This document shows positions 52,107 to 62,555 of a DNA stretch of 64,000 nucleotides, one piece after another. The position numbers and the translations under genes are program-made. Every line of letters starts with the position of its first letter. Within the stretch, counting starts at the first letter, position 1. This DNA comes from Gammaproteobacteria bacterium (GTDB lineage Bacteria; Pseudomonadota; Gammaproteobacteria; CBDBNL01; JAAOII01). The notes under the pieces were generated by a model that saw nothing but the letters and a program-made list of their open reading frames with translations, did no database searches and had not been told where the DNA came from. The stretch lies in contig OZ242372.1 of the NCBI GenBank assembly GCA_965209035.1, forward strand, positions 1,120,001 to 1,184,000. The letters are read 5' to 3'.

Positions 52107-53279
52107 TTAACGATCTCTTGGCCGCACCCTCCAAAAACCCGCCAATCCCTCGCCGTCCAAGGTAATGACGCCGTCCGAGTCGCCGCCGGTTGGAGTCAGG
52201 AGGATGCTGACCGGTGTGACGGCAATGCGTTTTCGTTTCAGCAGAGAGCCGTCCTCGGGGGACAGGACGGACAGGTAGCCGTCCTCATCTGTGAGCAGAA
52301 TATAGTCGCCCGCCACGGCAATGCCGGTTGGGTTGGCGCGGGCACTTGTGTCCGCCTGCCAGACGAGTTCGCCGTCTTGCTTGCGAAACGCAAAGACATC
52401 CTGTTCCGAGCCAATGCCATAGAGGTTTTCGCTGTCTTGTGCCAGCGACAGACTGCCGCCAAAATTCTGCCGCCAGAGTTCTCTTCCTCCCGCAAGGTTG
52501 ATCGCAATCAGCGAGCCGCCGTAAGCGGAAAGATACAGGATGTTGTTTGCGCCGATCAGGGCCGCATCAATATCTACCAGACGCTCTATGTCTGTGATGC
52601 CGGTCGGGACGGCGAGTTGGCGAAAACTGACGACATTGCCGTTTCGCCAATCAATGATTGCCAGGGAGCCGTCGGCGAAACCGGCAATCGCATAGGGACC
52701 CAACAAAATCGGCGGGAAGCCGCCGCGCAAAGAAAGGCGCGGACTATAGGCATCATAAATCCAGAGAACGGAGCCTTCGTACGGATTTAATGCGAGCAGT
52801 TGCTCCTTTGCCGTTTGGATGATCAGCACATCCGCATTGGCGGCGGGCGGGATGAAGCTTTCCGCATCCAGCAGCGATTGCCAAATCACCGCACCGTCTT
52901 CTTTGTTCAGAGCATAGGCAAAACCGTCTTTATCCGTTGTGTACAGTTGGTCCGCGAACAGGCCAAGGCAACCGGTCAGGGCGGCTCCCGGGCGGGTGAC
53001 CCACAGCCGTTTGCCTTTTTGCAAATCCAGGGCGAGCACCTTGCGGGCGTCGCATATAAACAGGGATTCTCCGTCCTCCGCAGGAATCTGGCTGCGCGGT
53101 TGGATTCTGGGTCCTATGCCCAGTCCGGTTTTCCAGACGGCCTCAAGTTTTGGCGGTTTTTTAATGTCACGGCCTGCGCCGGATTTTTCCACCGAAGCAC
53201 AGGCAACCAGAGTCGTTGCCCAGATAAGCATAACAAGACGAGTTGCCCAAAGTTGGACAGGGTCTTTCATTCTTGGCAT
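52107..53279 (-). CDS. bamB: Outer-membrane assembly lipoprotein BamB
   Basis: Lipobox LVAC; PQQ-type beta-propeller repeats; LSLRG and ERLVDID motifs; synteny. Confidence 0.88.
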   Translation of the reverse strand: MPRMKDPVQLWATRLVMLIWATTLVACASVEKSGAGRDIKKPPKLEAVWKTGLGIGPRIQPRSQIPAEDGESLFICDARKVLALDLQKGKRLWVTRPGAALTGCLGLFADQLYTTDKDGFAYALNKEDGAVIWQSLLDAESFIPPAANADVLIIQTAKEQLLALNPYEGSVLWIYDAYSPRLSLRGGFPPILLGPYAIAGFADGSLAIIDWRNGNVVSFRQLAVPTGITDIERLVDIDAALIGANNILYLSAYGGSLIAINLAGGRELWRQNFGGSLSLAQDSENLYGIGSEQDVFAFRKQDGELVWQADTSARANPTGIAVAGDYILLTDEDGYLSVLSPEDGSLLKRKRIAVTPVSILLTPTGGDSDGVITLDGEGLAGFWRVRPRDR

Positions 53280-53295
53280 GCGTATGTGTGTCGCC

Positions 53296-53955
53296 TTAGC
53301 CGGGTTGTTTCAAGAGCGACAATTTGTAGTTGATGAAGTCTGCGTTGGCGCCCAATTCTTTTGCCAGATTGTAAGCGGCAATGGCTTCTTCGGTCTGTTG
53401 CCGGGCGCGCAGAATATCGCCGCGCAATTCCGCAACCAGCGCGGTTTCTTGTTCTATATTGTTGAGCAGCGCGGCGGCCTGTTCCGCGTCGCCCTTTTCC
53501 AACAGCAGCCGTGCCAAAAAAATACTCCCCAATTCTTGGGCGACATCATTTTTTGCATTGGCAATCGCCCATTGGAAAGCCCGCTCGGCCTGTTCCGTGT
53601 CGTCGCGCAAAGCGTGTTCCCCGCCCATCTTTAAGGTGGCATAGGTGGCATAACCGGTATTCGGGTGATCCGCACGCAATCGTTGTGCGAACAATTCCAT
53701 ATTCTCCAGCAACTCGACTTCGGTACCGGCGGTCACATTACCGCCTTTAATGTACTCGGTGAGAACAAAGTTCACCTCCGTAAATTGATTGTATAGTGCG
53801 GTCGCTTCCGTGCGGTGCGTTGCCCGGTTCTGTTGATAGATGTTTTGGCCGACCAAAACAGCCAATACCAGCAGGATGCCGCCGACCACAGGCATACCAT
53901 ATTTCTTGGCAAGCCGGCGTAAGTTACTTAATTGTTGTTTTTCAAAGTTATCCAT
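53296..53955 (-). CDS. yfgM: YfgM family TPR membrane protein
   Basis: N-terminal TM, ELRGDIL; between hisS and bamB. Confidence 0.82.
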   Translation of the reverse strand: MDNFEKQQLSNLRRLAKKYGMPVVGGILLVLAVLVGQNIYQQNRATHRTEATALYNQFTEVNFVLTEYIKGGNVTAGTEVELLENMELFAQRLRADHPNTGYATYATLKMGGEHALRDDTEQAERAFQWAIANAKNDVAQELGSIFLARLLLEKGDAEQAAALLNNIEQETALVAELRGDILRARQQTEEAIAAYNLAKELGANADFINYKLSLLKQPG

Positions 53956-53971
53956 AAGAACCAAATAGTGA

Positions 53972-55243
53972 TTAAATTATCGTTTGCATTTTTTCAAAAA
54001 AATTGTCCCACTTCATACGCGTCTGTTCGCCTGTCCGCATATCGCGCAGACAACAGAGATCCTTATCTTCTTCCTCTTCACCCAGAATGACGACAAACGG
54101 AATCTTCTGTTTGTCGGCTTTCTTAAGTGCGGACTTCAAACTCGGCGAGCCCAAGGCACTTTCAACGCATAAGCGAGGCAACCTACTCCATATTCTATGC
54201 CTTAATGAGAGCATCTTTGCCGAATCTGTTAAACAAACCAGCAGAACCTGTGTTTTTTCCGCTGCGTCTGTTGGCAAACAGTTTGCCCGCTCCAATAGAA
54301 GTAACAGACGCTCCATGCCCATGGCGAAACCCGTTGCCGCCGTTGGTTTGCCGCCCAGTAAGGCCGGCAGGGCATCGTATCGCCCGCCGGCACAGACCGT
54401 ATTTTGCGCATCCAGACCATCGCATACCCATTCAAAGACAATGTCGGTGTAATAATCCAAACCGCGCACCAGCCGCGGATTAACTTCACAGGGAATTTCA
54501 AGTTGTTTCAGCTGCTCGCAAATCGCTTGCAGCGTTTCTTGACTTTTGGCGGATACATAATCCGTCAGACTCGGCGCGTCCGCCAAAAGTTGGACGGTCA
54601 CAGGATCTTTAGAATCTTGCAGACGCAAAGGGGCGGTTTTTAATCGCCTTCTGTCGTTTGCCGGCAGTTCCTCCTCTCGGCTTGCGAAATGTCGCACGAG
54701 AGCATCGCCATATTTTTTTCGCTCGGTCGCGCTGCCGAGAATATTGACTTGCAGTTTTGGTAAAAAAAGATCTTTTAATCCCAATGCCTGCCAGAAACTT
54801 GCACAAATCAGAATCATTTCCGTATCCGCGTCCGCCCCTTCAAAGCCGATTGCTTCGGCGCCGATCTGGTCAAACTGCCGAAGGCGGCCGCTTTGGGGAC
54901 GCTCGTAACGAAACATCGGGCCCAGATACCAGAGGCGTCGTTTCTGTCCCGCAAACAGGCCGGCTTGTATGCCGGCGCGCAATAATCCGGCGGTGCCTTC
55001 CGGGCGCAGGCAAACGGATTGGTCGCTTTTGTCCTTGAATTCGTACATCTCCTTTTCCACGATGTCCGTGGCGTCGCCGACCGAGCGACGAAACAATTCG
55101 GTTTTTTCCAAGACGGGGAAACGCATTTCTTTGTAACCGTATGCCCGCAGAACCGAGATGAGAATTTCTTCGGTTTTGCGCCGCACTCCCCCCGCCGGCG
55201 GCGCCAAAACCGGCATGCCGCGCACCGCCGGGATACTGTTCAC
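53972..55243 (-). CDS. hisS: Histidine--tRNA ligase
   Basis: DIVEKEMY, LRPEGTA, FRYERPQSGR, LVRGLDYY, AGGRYD. Confidence 0.97.
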   Translation of the reverse strand: MNSIPAVRGMPVLAPPAGGVRRKTEEILISVLRAYGYKEMRFPVLEKTELFRRSVGDATDIVEKEMYEFKDKSDQSVCLRPEGTAGLLRAGIQAGLFAGQKRRLWYLGPMFRYERPQSGRLRQFDQIGAEAIGFEGADADTEMILICASFWQALGLKDLFLPKLQVNILGSATERKKYGDALVRHFASREEELPANDRRRLKTAPLRLQDSKDPVTVQLLADAPSLTDYVSAKSQETLQAICEQLKQLEIPCEVNPRLVRGLDYYTDIVFEWVCDGLDAQNTVCAGGRYDALPALLGGKPTAATGFAMGMERLLLLLERANCLPTDAAEKTQVLLVCLTDSAKMLSLRHRIWSRLPRLCVESALGSPSLKSALKKADKQKIPFVVILGEEEEDKDLCCLRDMRTGEQTRMKWDNFFEKMQTII

Positions 55244-55255
55244 CTGGTGTTTCGT

Positions 55256-56491
55256 TTAGTTGTTTGGTGGGCTTGTCGGGCGGCTGCCAAGGACCAACAA
55301 AAAATCTATGATATTTTCTTCGCGGCGAATGCCGACCTGTATCTCGTCTCCCGGTTTTTTACCGGCAACATAGTTCACAATTTGTGAGGCACTTTCAAAA
55401 GGATCGCCGTCCAAAGAAATGATCTCGTCTCCCGTTCGCATGTCCAATTCGTCGGCGGGACTGCCGCGAAAAACGCCATTAATAAAAATGCGTGTTTCGC
55501 CGTTTTTATTTTCTGAGCGCATCGACACACCCATCCAGCCGCGCTCCACCTCGCCGTCGGTGCGCAGTTGATCCACAACATTGCCGACGATATCCGCGGG
55601 TATGGCAAAACCGATGCCCGCGGATGCGCCGGTGCGCGAGTAAATGGCGGTGTTAATCCCCACCAGTTCGCCGCGGGCATTGATCAGGGCACCGCCGGAA
55701 TTCCCCGGATTGATGGCGGCGTCCGTCTGCAGAAAGTTTTCGAGTGTTGTGACGCCCACATCGGATCTGCCGATGGCACTGATGATCCCTTGGGTGACTG
55801 TTTGCCCGACGCCGTGCGGATTGCCGATTGCCAGAACCGGATCACCTATGCGCAGTTCTTCCACTTCGCCGAATTCAATGACCGGCAAGTTATAAAGGTC
55901 GGCTTTGAGCAGTGCGATATCCGTTTCCGGATCCACGCCCACCACCTCGGCTGCCGCCTCGCGTCCGTCATTGAGCGCGATCAGGATCTCGGTCGCCCCT
56001 TTGACAACATGATAATTGGTGATGATGTAGCCGTCGTTTTCAAGGATCACGCCGGAGCCCAGACTGCGCTGTTCGCGTTCGCGCGGCACGGGCGGCTGCG
56101 AAAAGAAATCATCAAAGAACGGATGATCAAAGAACGGCGGCTGATCGTTTTCTTGCTGCTTCAACACGCGCGAACTGTAAACATTGACAACGGCCGGTGC
56201 CGCCCGTTCCACCGCTGCGGCAAAAGAGTAGATGGGGGAGCTACCGGGCGATTCTTCCGCGGACGGCAGATCTGCGTTTTGATTCCAATAATTATTTGCG
56301 TCTTGCCCTTGCAGATCTTCCGGGATTAACGGTTCAATCTTCGGTGTGTCTTCTTCTGCGGGGGTATCGGAAAGAGCCGCAGTTGTTTGCTCTGTGCCGA
56401 GTTGTTGGCGCACCAGATCCACAATCAGCACGCTGCCGGCACCGCCGGCAAAAAAAACGAACAGGCCGAACCCGTACAAAAACTTTTTCAT
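55256..56491 (-). CDS. HtrA/DegS-type serine protease with one PDZ domain
   Basis: GSGV, TNYHVV, DIAL, QTDAAINPGNSGG. Confidence 0.92.
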   Translation of the reverse strand: MKKFLYGFGLFVFFAGGAGSVLIVDLVRQQLGTEQTTAALSDTPAEEDTPKIEPLIPEDLQGQDANNYWNQNADLPSAEESPGSSPIYSFAAAVERAAPAVVNVYSSRVLKQQENDQPPFFDHPFFDDFFSQPPVPREREQRSLGSGVILENDGYIITNYHVVKGATEILIALNDGREAAAEVVGVDPETDIALLKADLYNLPVIEFGEVEELRIGDPVLAIGNPHGVGQTVTQGIISAIGRSDVGVTTLENFLQTDAAINPGNSGGALINARGELVGINTAIYSRTGASAGIGFAIPADIVGNVVDQLRTDGEVERGWMGVSMRSENKNGETRIFINGVFRGSPADELDMRTGDEIISLDGDPFESASQIVNYVAGKKPGDEIQVGIRREENIIDFLLVLGSRPTSPPNN

Positions 56492-56728
56492 CTTTAATCT
56501 TTTAATTAACAACCAATAACTAACTCACTAATATCTCATTTATTAAACGCTTTTTTGAAACAACAACCCCTTCTATTATAAGAATAATCATTTTCTGTTC
56601 TGTTCTTTTTTGCTGAAAAAATCATACGGAAGTGATTGCAGCATATACCCACAAACAACTCTCGCCGATCCGGTTCTCAACATCAAGACCGCAAAACCGG
56701 ACGGGATGATATAAGAAATCAAATTGCA

Positions 56729-58026
56729 TGCATAGTCTCATAAAGGTTCTGGACTCTGAGTTTGGTATTGTGCGTCCTCAGATCAAGCAGCCGGAGGTTC
56801 TGTCGGACGGGTCGAAAATAGATCCGGCAACGGGTCTTCGGTATGTGGAGCTAGATGAATGAAACGGGCAAGAAGGACGGATAGCTGTTTTGCTCTCACC
56901 GCCGCAGACAGCGGAGGCTTGTTGTTGATAAAACTGTCTAGGTGTATCCGCTGGCGAGACGGTACGGTTTGTGAGGGCAGCCGGACTGCACATTGGAAAT
57001 GAGAGGAACACGTTTACGCTACATTGGTTATCGCGTGCGCGGTTTCAATAAAATGGTGGTTTTAGCAAACAAATATTCAAACATGTCTAAAACCACCAAA
57101 ATCAAACTGGACACCTTAGCGTTCGCGCGCAAACATGGTGTCGCGGCGGCGCTGGATCATGCCGGGATCAGTCGTGCTACATTCTACGAGTGGCAGCGGC
57201 GTTTCCGTGAAGGCGGGGTCGATGAACTGGCGAACAACTATGGGTATCAGCCCAAGCGGTCCAACACCTGGCCACCGGCACTGATTGACAAGATCCGGTC
57301 TTGGCGACAAGAGCGACCGAATATCGGTCCCAATAAACTGGTCTGCTTGTTACCCGAATGGTGCCAGCAGCGCGGGCTGCCGATGCCCAGCCAATCAACG
57401 CTCTCTCGCATCATTGCCGATGACCCGGATAAGATGCGGTGCAAACCATCGCGGTCCGTGCCGAAACGCCCGCGGCAAGGTGCTCCGCGCGAGCGCAAGG
57501 ACATCCGCTTTGTTGCGGGCCGGAGAGGTGAATGTGTTGCCTTTGATACGCTCGTCCGCATCGTCGATGGCCGGCGCTTTTATTGGCATGTCGGCATTGA
57601 TCTATTTTCCCGCTTCTCACTGGTCAGTGTCGACACCTCGGCTGCTTCGGCCAGTTCCGCCCGGCTCTTTACCGCCATGCAAAACATACTCGGCACTCGG
57701 ATCGAAAAAGCCCTCACCGATAATGGCAGTGAGTTCGCCAAAGACTTTCACCGGGTCGTGACCGCAAACGGCAGCACCCACTGGTATACCTATCCAAGGA
57801 AACCGCAAATGAATGCACACTGCGAACGGTTTAATCGCACTCTCTGGGAAGAGTTCGGTTGTCATATGCGGCATCTCTTGGTTAAGGATATGCCAGCATT
57901 CAACGCCAAACTCATCGAGTGGTTGGCTTGGTATAATCTGGAACGTCCCCATTATGCTCTCAAACAACTCTCGCCAATCCAGTTTTTGCAAAAACAACAA
58001 AAGTCCAGAAATGGGTGGGATCATAC
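56729..58026 (+). mobile_element. IS481-family element, copy 1
   Basis: Imperfect ~26-bp IRs; DDE transposase ORF 56993-58033 (FDT, TDNGSEF, ERFNRT, YNLERPH). Confidence 0.92.
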
Positions 58027-58033
58027 TGCATGA
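56993..58033 (+). CDS. IS481-family transposase (likely start MSKTTK); stop supplied by copy 2
   Basis: HTH plus integrase-core motifs. Confidence 0.9.
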   Translation: MEMRGTRLRYIGYRVRGFNKMVVLANKYSNMSKTTKIKLDTLAFARKHGVAAALDHAGISRATFYEWQRRFREGGVDELANNYGYQPKRSNTWPPALIDKIRSWRQERPNIGPNKLVCLLPEWCQQRGLPMPSQSTLSRIIADDPDKMRCKPSRSVPKRPRQGAPRERKDIRFVAGRRGECVAFDTLVRIVDGRRFYWHVGIDLFSRFSLVSVDTSAASASSARLFTAMQNILGTRIEKALTDNGSEFAKDFHRVVTANGSTHWYTYPRKPQMNAHCERFNRTLWEEFGCHMRHLLVKDMPAFNAKLIEWLAWYNLERPHYALKQLSPIQFLQKQQKSRNGWDHTA

Positions 58034-59330
58034 TCTCATAAAGGTTCTGGACTCTGAGTTTGGTATTGTGCGTCCTCAGATCAAGCAGCCGGATGTTCTG
58101 TCGGACGGGTCGAAAATAGATCCGGCAACGGGTCTCCGGTATGTGGAGCTAGATGAATGAAACGGGCAAGAAAGATGGATAGCTGTTTTGCTCTCACCGC
58201 CGCAGACAGCGGAGGCTTGTTGTTGATAAAACTGTCTAGGTGTATCCGCTGGCAAGACGGTACGGTGTGCGAGAGCGGCTGCACCGCGGAGGTGATTTGA
58301 AATGAGAGGAACACGTTTACACTACATTGGTTATCGCGTGCGCGGTTTCAATAAAATGGTGGTTTTAGCAAACAAATATTCAAACATGTCTAAAACCACC
58401 AAAATCAAACTGGACACCTTAGCGTTCGCGCGCAAACATGGTGTCGCGGCCGCGTTGGATCATGCCAGGATCAGTCGTGCTACATTCTACGAGTGGCAGC
58501 GGCGTTTCCGTGAAGGCGGGGCCGATGAACTGGCGAACAACTATGGGTATCAGCCCAAGCGGTCCAACACCTGGCCACCGGCACTGATTACCAAGATCCG
58601 ATCTTGGCGACAAGAGCGTCCGAACATCGGTGCCGGTAAACTGGTCTGCTTGTTACCCGAATGGTGTCAGCAGCGCGGGCTGCCGATGCCCAGCCAATCA
58701 ACGCTCTCTCGCATCATTGCCGATGACCCGGATAAGATGCGGTGCAAACCATCGCGGCCCGTGCCGAAACGCCCGCGGCAAGGTGCTCCGCGCGAGCGCA
58801 AGGACATCCGCTTTGTTGCGGGCCGGAGAGGTGAATGTGTTGCCTTTGATACGCTCGTCCGCATCGTCGATGGCCGGCGCTTTTATTGGCATGTCGGCAT
58901 TGATCTATTTTCCCGCTTCTCACTGGTCAGTGTCGACACCTCGGCTGCTTCGGCCAGTTCCGCCCGGCTCTTTACCGCCATGCAAAACATACTCGGCACT
59001 CGGATCGAAAAAGTCCTCACCGATAATGGCAGTGAGTTCGCCAAAGGCTTTCACCGGGTCGTGACCGCAAACGGCAGCACCCACTGGTATACCTATCCAA
59101 GGAAACCGCAAATGAATGCACACTGCGAACGGTTTAATCGCACTCTCTGGGAAGAGTTCGGTTGTCATATGCGGCATCTCTTGGTTAAGGATATGCCAGC
59201 ATTCAACGCCAAACTCATCGAGTGGTTGGCTTGGTATAATCTGGAACGTCCCCATTATGCTCTCAAACAACTCTCGCCAATCCAGTTTTTGCAAAAACAA
59301 CAAAAGTCCAGAAATGGGTGGGATCATACA
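58027..59330 (+). mobile_element. IS481-family element, copy 2, head-to-tail with copy 1
   Basis: TGCATGATCTCATAAAGG ... GGGTGGGATCATACA. Confidence 0.93.
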
Positions 59331-59543
59331 AAGTGCCTATCATCCCCGCCGTTGCCGTTAAGATCATCGCGCATGCGCCCCAAATCATCCAGCGTCCGCA
59401 CCTCTATCAACCCGTCGCCGTCATCGTCCACATCCGCCGCATCGGTCACGCCATCGCCGTCATCATCCGGGACCGCCACCGCCGCCGGAACCGCCGCCGC
59501 CACCACAAGCGGTGAGCAGAACGGCCGACAAGACGACTGTTAA
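58302..59543 (+). CDS. IS481-family transposase reading through into flank (about 70-aa tail)
   Basis: Same core as copy 1; no stop inside the element. Confidence 0.85.
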   Translation: MRGTRLHYIGYRVRGFNKMVVLANKYSNMSKTTKIKLDTLAFARKHGVAAALDHARISRATFYEWQRRFREGGADELANNYGYQPKRSNTWPPALITKIRSWRQERPNIGAGKLVCLLPEWCQQRGLPMPSQSTLSRIIADDPDKMRCKPSRPVPKRPRQGAPRERKDIRFVAGRRGECVAFDTLVRIVDGRRFYWHVGIDLFSRFSLVSVDTSAASASSARLFTAMQNILGTRIEKVLTDNGSEFAKGFHRVVTANGSTHWYTYPRKPQMNAHCERFNRTLWEEFGCHMRHLLVKDMPAFNAKLIEWLAWYNLERPHYALKQLSPIQFLQKQQKSRNGWDHTKCLSSPPLPLRSSRMRPKSSSVRTSINPSPSSSTSAASVTPSPSSSGTATAAGTAAATTSGEQNGRQDDC

Positions 59544-59630
59544 TAATAAAAGAATGCCGCGGCGGATAGTTCGGCCGGCTGCGGCCATGCCGTTGCTATT
59601 GAAAGCATTGATTGCAAATAGACTCATCAT
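59331..59630 (-). pseudogene. 5' part of interrupted lipoprotein E
   Basis: MMSLFA...LLTACGGGGGSGGGGGPG*, then frameshift into DDDGDGLIEVRTLDDL..GNGGDDRH; ends at the IS. Confidence 0.85.
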
Positions 59631-59726
59631 GAATTGTTTTTGTTAAAGCACACAGATAAAATCAAAATCATAGTTACTATTTTACCATATTTCGGCAAGA
59701 CGGTACATCTGTGTGTTGTGTATAGT

Positions 59727-60140
59727 CCCATCCCCGCCCGATTGCGGGGTTTAGGGGGTTTAACTTGTAGAAAATGAGAAGCCTGGTGACTGGCAACACA
59801 ACCGGCGGGCTCGCCTTGCCGGATCACCCTCGCCCGATTGCATGGTTTAACTTGTCAAAAGATCAGTGCTTATTAAAGATACTGATAAGAAACACAGCCG
59901 GCGGACTTGCCTTGCCGGATCACCCCCGCCCGATTGCGGGGTTTAGATTGTAGAAAATTAGAAGCCCAGTGACTGGCAACACAGCCGGCGGACTTGCCTT
60001 ACCGGATCACCTCCGCCCAATTGCGGGGTTTAAGTTGTAGAAAATGAGAAGCCTGGTGACCGGCAACACAACCGGCGGACTTGCCTTGCCGGATCACCCC
60101 CGCCCGATTGCGGGGTTTAGGTTGTAAAAAGATCAGTGCT
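59727..60140. repeat. Tandem 87-96 bp double-hairpin repeat, about 5 copies
   Basis: GGATCACCCCCGCCCGATTGCGGGGTTT-like at 59821, 59917, 60004, 60091, partial at 59727. Confidence 0.9.
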
Positions 60141-60324
60141 TGTTAAAGATGCATTCTTTGCCGCGGACTCATCACCGTTTCGCAGCTGCTGCGTCGCTGT
60201 TTCGTCACTGTCTCATCGCTGTTTCATAGACGCTGCATCGATGAAGCGATCTGTTTGGCTCGCCGAAGGCAGCCAAACGAGATCTCGGTCTGCTTCTTGC
60301 TTCCGCTTACCCGCTGCTGACTTC

Positions 60325-62523
60325 CTACTGCCGTTGCTGTTGCTCTTCTACGCTGACAGGAAGACAGTTCAGAACGGGATATTGGTTGGCATCGCCCAGA
60401 TCCCAGAGACGCTCGAAGGAGCCGCCGGGGTCCGTCCTGTTTTCCCGGATCTCGAAACTGGTCGGATCACACCAGAAGTTGCCCCAAGCGGCATAGATGC
60501 CTGTGAAATCGGTCGGGTTTTGCAACTGTGCAGTCCCCAGAGCGGTGCCTAGGGTGTCCCCAGTTCGGGGATCACTTGCCGGTTGTCTGGTCGTCTCATT
60601 ATCCCAATAGGAAGCAATGACAGTTGGGGACTGGCCAAAGCCTAACAAGCCACTAATTCGAGGCTTAGTATTAAATGCAGAAACAGGACCGCCGGCCGTA
60701 TAAGAATAACTAATTTCCGGAATCTGTCCTGCACCAAACAAACCACCGACACTATCTAGACCGAAAACACTGCCACCGACTGCATAAGCATGACGAATAC
60801 TCATATCCGTTACAAAGCCACTTATGCCACCGATTTGATTACTATCACCAGTAACAGTAACGTCGGATACGGACACAATACGTATATCAGAGTCAGGTAC
60901 ACTGCCGGCCAGACCACCAATAGTAGAAAAAGCACTAATAGTAACATCGGACACGGACACAGCACGCATCTCAGCATTCTCTCCTTCACCGACCAGACCA
61001 CCGACAGTACGCGCGGACGGACTCATGATCACTCCCCCGGCGATGGCAAGATTTGTAAACTGACCATCCTGGCCATAGCCAACCAGCAGCCCCAGATCAC
61101 TGGCACCGCCACTGACATTCGCATCCAACAGATGCATATTTTGGATAGTGCCATTTAAGGCACCAAACAAGCCGGTTCCGTTAACATCATCATTCACAGA
61201 AATAAACAGATCCGCAATCGCATAACCCCCGCCGTCAAACACGGAAGTATAAGGGGTGCAAACATTGTTGGCAGTACAAGAGCCAATCGGCACCCAGCCG
61301 CTGCCGGCACGATTCGTCCAGGCATCCACATTAACGCTGCTCCCGTTATAGGAAGCCTCATCACTAAAACTGAGCGAGCGGGCCAGTTCATAACCTTTAC
61401 ATCCGGAACTCGGACAGCCATCAGAACCTACAGGAGTAATCTCGGGAATAGCACCATCATCCATCCCATCGCCATCCAGATCATCGCGCAGCCGCGCCAA
61501 GTCATCCAAAGTGTAAATTTCTATGAGGCTATTATTATTGTCATCCACATCCGTCAGATCCGGAACATTATCATTGTCATCGTCCATATCTTCCGTCAAG
61601 GTAGTGTTCACGCCGGTAACACAGCCGGTGACCAAAGTATCCGGGTCACCGTCCTTATCTGCGTCGGCACTGGCACAGGCATCGGTCCGGAAGGCATCCA
61701 TGTTATCCGGAACATCGTCATTGTCATCGTCCTCATCACAGGCATCGCCGCCATCGTCCGCCTTGTCCGTGTTGGCTTGATCCGCATTGGCAACCGACCG
61801 GCAGTTATCTGCCGTCAAGTCGGTATCACAGTCGGTAACCAGACTGTCCGGCCGACCGTCCCCATCCGTATCGGTGCCGGCACAGGCATCCGCCCGGAAT
61901 GCATCCGTCGCATCCAAAACTCCGTCTCTGTCAATGTCTCCCTCAGTGTTGATTCCCGCAGACCCGGTCCTTGCCGTGCCGGGCGGCGAAACAGATGCCG
62001 AACGGCCATCCTCATAGATCACCACAATCGTTAGATTGTAGTTGGCATTATTCAGCAGATCTTTAATAGTATGGATCACGCGCACATCGGCCGAGACATT
62101 AACATCCGCCGCCGTCAGCTTCTCTGTGCCGTTATTGCTCGGAACTTGCGTATTCTCCCAAATAATATTAAAGCCGGAAATATCTTGTTGATTCGGATTC
62201 TTCCAAGCGACAATAAGACTCGTATCCGTATTCCCCGCCACAAACTCAACCGCGGAAACGGGCGCGGGACCGCCGCCAGCACCGGAACCGCCGCCGCCGC
62301 CTTCGCAGGCAGCCAACAGCATCGCCGGCACAATAAGATATAGAATTTTAGATCGGATGCCGACACCTTTAAAAGGAAAAGGAAAAGCAAAAGAAGGCAG
62401 ATAAGAAACAGGCGCGCATCTCACGGATTGCATTGCAATGCTTTCATTGCAGCCTTTCAACGCACCCAACACACCCGCACGGGTGCGGCGATTTATAGAA
62501 CAAATTTTCATGATTTTTTTCAA
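60325..62523 (-). CDS. Surface lipoprotein D: FN3-like, TSP3 repeats, GLUG region
   Basis: Lipobox LAAC then poly-G; LIEIYTLDDL; GCKGYEL; YWD; WDLGDANQYP. Confidence 0.85.
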   Translation of the reverse strand: MKKIMKICSINRRTRAGVLGALKGCNESIAMQSVRCAPVSYLPSFAFPFPFKGVGIRSKILYLIVPAMLLAACEGGGGGSGAGGGPAPVSAVEFVAGNTDTSLIVAWKNPNQQDISGFNIIWENTQVPSNNGTEKLTAADVNVSADVRVIHTIKDLLNNANYNLTIVVIYEDGRSASVSPPGTARTGSAGINTEGDIDRDGVLDATDAFRADACAGTDTDGDGRPDSLVTDCDTDLTADNCRSVANADQANTDKADDGGDACDEDDDNDDVPDNMDAFRTDACASADADKDGDPDTLVTGCVTGVNTTLTEDMDDDNDNVPDLTDVDDNNNSLIEIYTLDDLARLRDDLDGDGMDDGAIPEITPVGSDGCPSSGCKGYELARSLSFSDEASYNGSSVNVDAWTNRAGSGWVPIGSCTANNVCTPYTSVFDGGGYAIADLFISVNDDVNGTGLFGALNGTIQNMHLLDANVSGGASDLGLLVGYGQDGQFTNLAIAGGVIMSPSARTVGGLVGEGENAEMRAVSVSDVTISAFSTIGGLAGSVPDSDIRIVSVSDVTVTGDSNQIGGISGFVTDMSIRHAYAVGGSVFGLDSVGGLFGAGQIPEISYSYTAGGPVSAFNTKPRISGLLGFGQSPTVIASYWDNETTRQPASDPRTGDTLGTALGTAQLQNPTDFTGIYAAWGNFWCDPTSFEIRENRTDPGGSFERLWDLGDANQYPVLNCLPVSVEEQQQRQ

Positions 62524-62555
62524 ATTAAAAATTAAAGTATATGTAATGCATTATA

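Noticed and set aside
59727-60140. Bona fide CRISPR array
   Set aside because: Linkers are about 55-65 bp and recur; kept only as a CRISPR-like repeat finding
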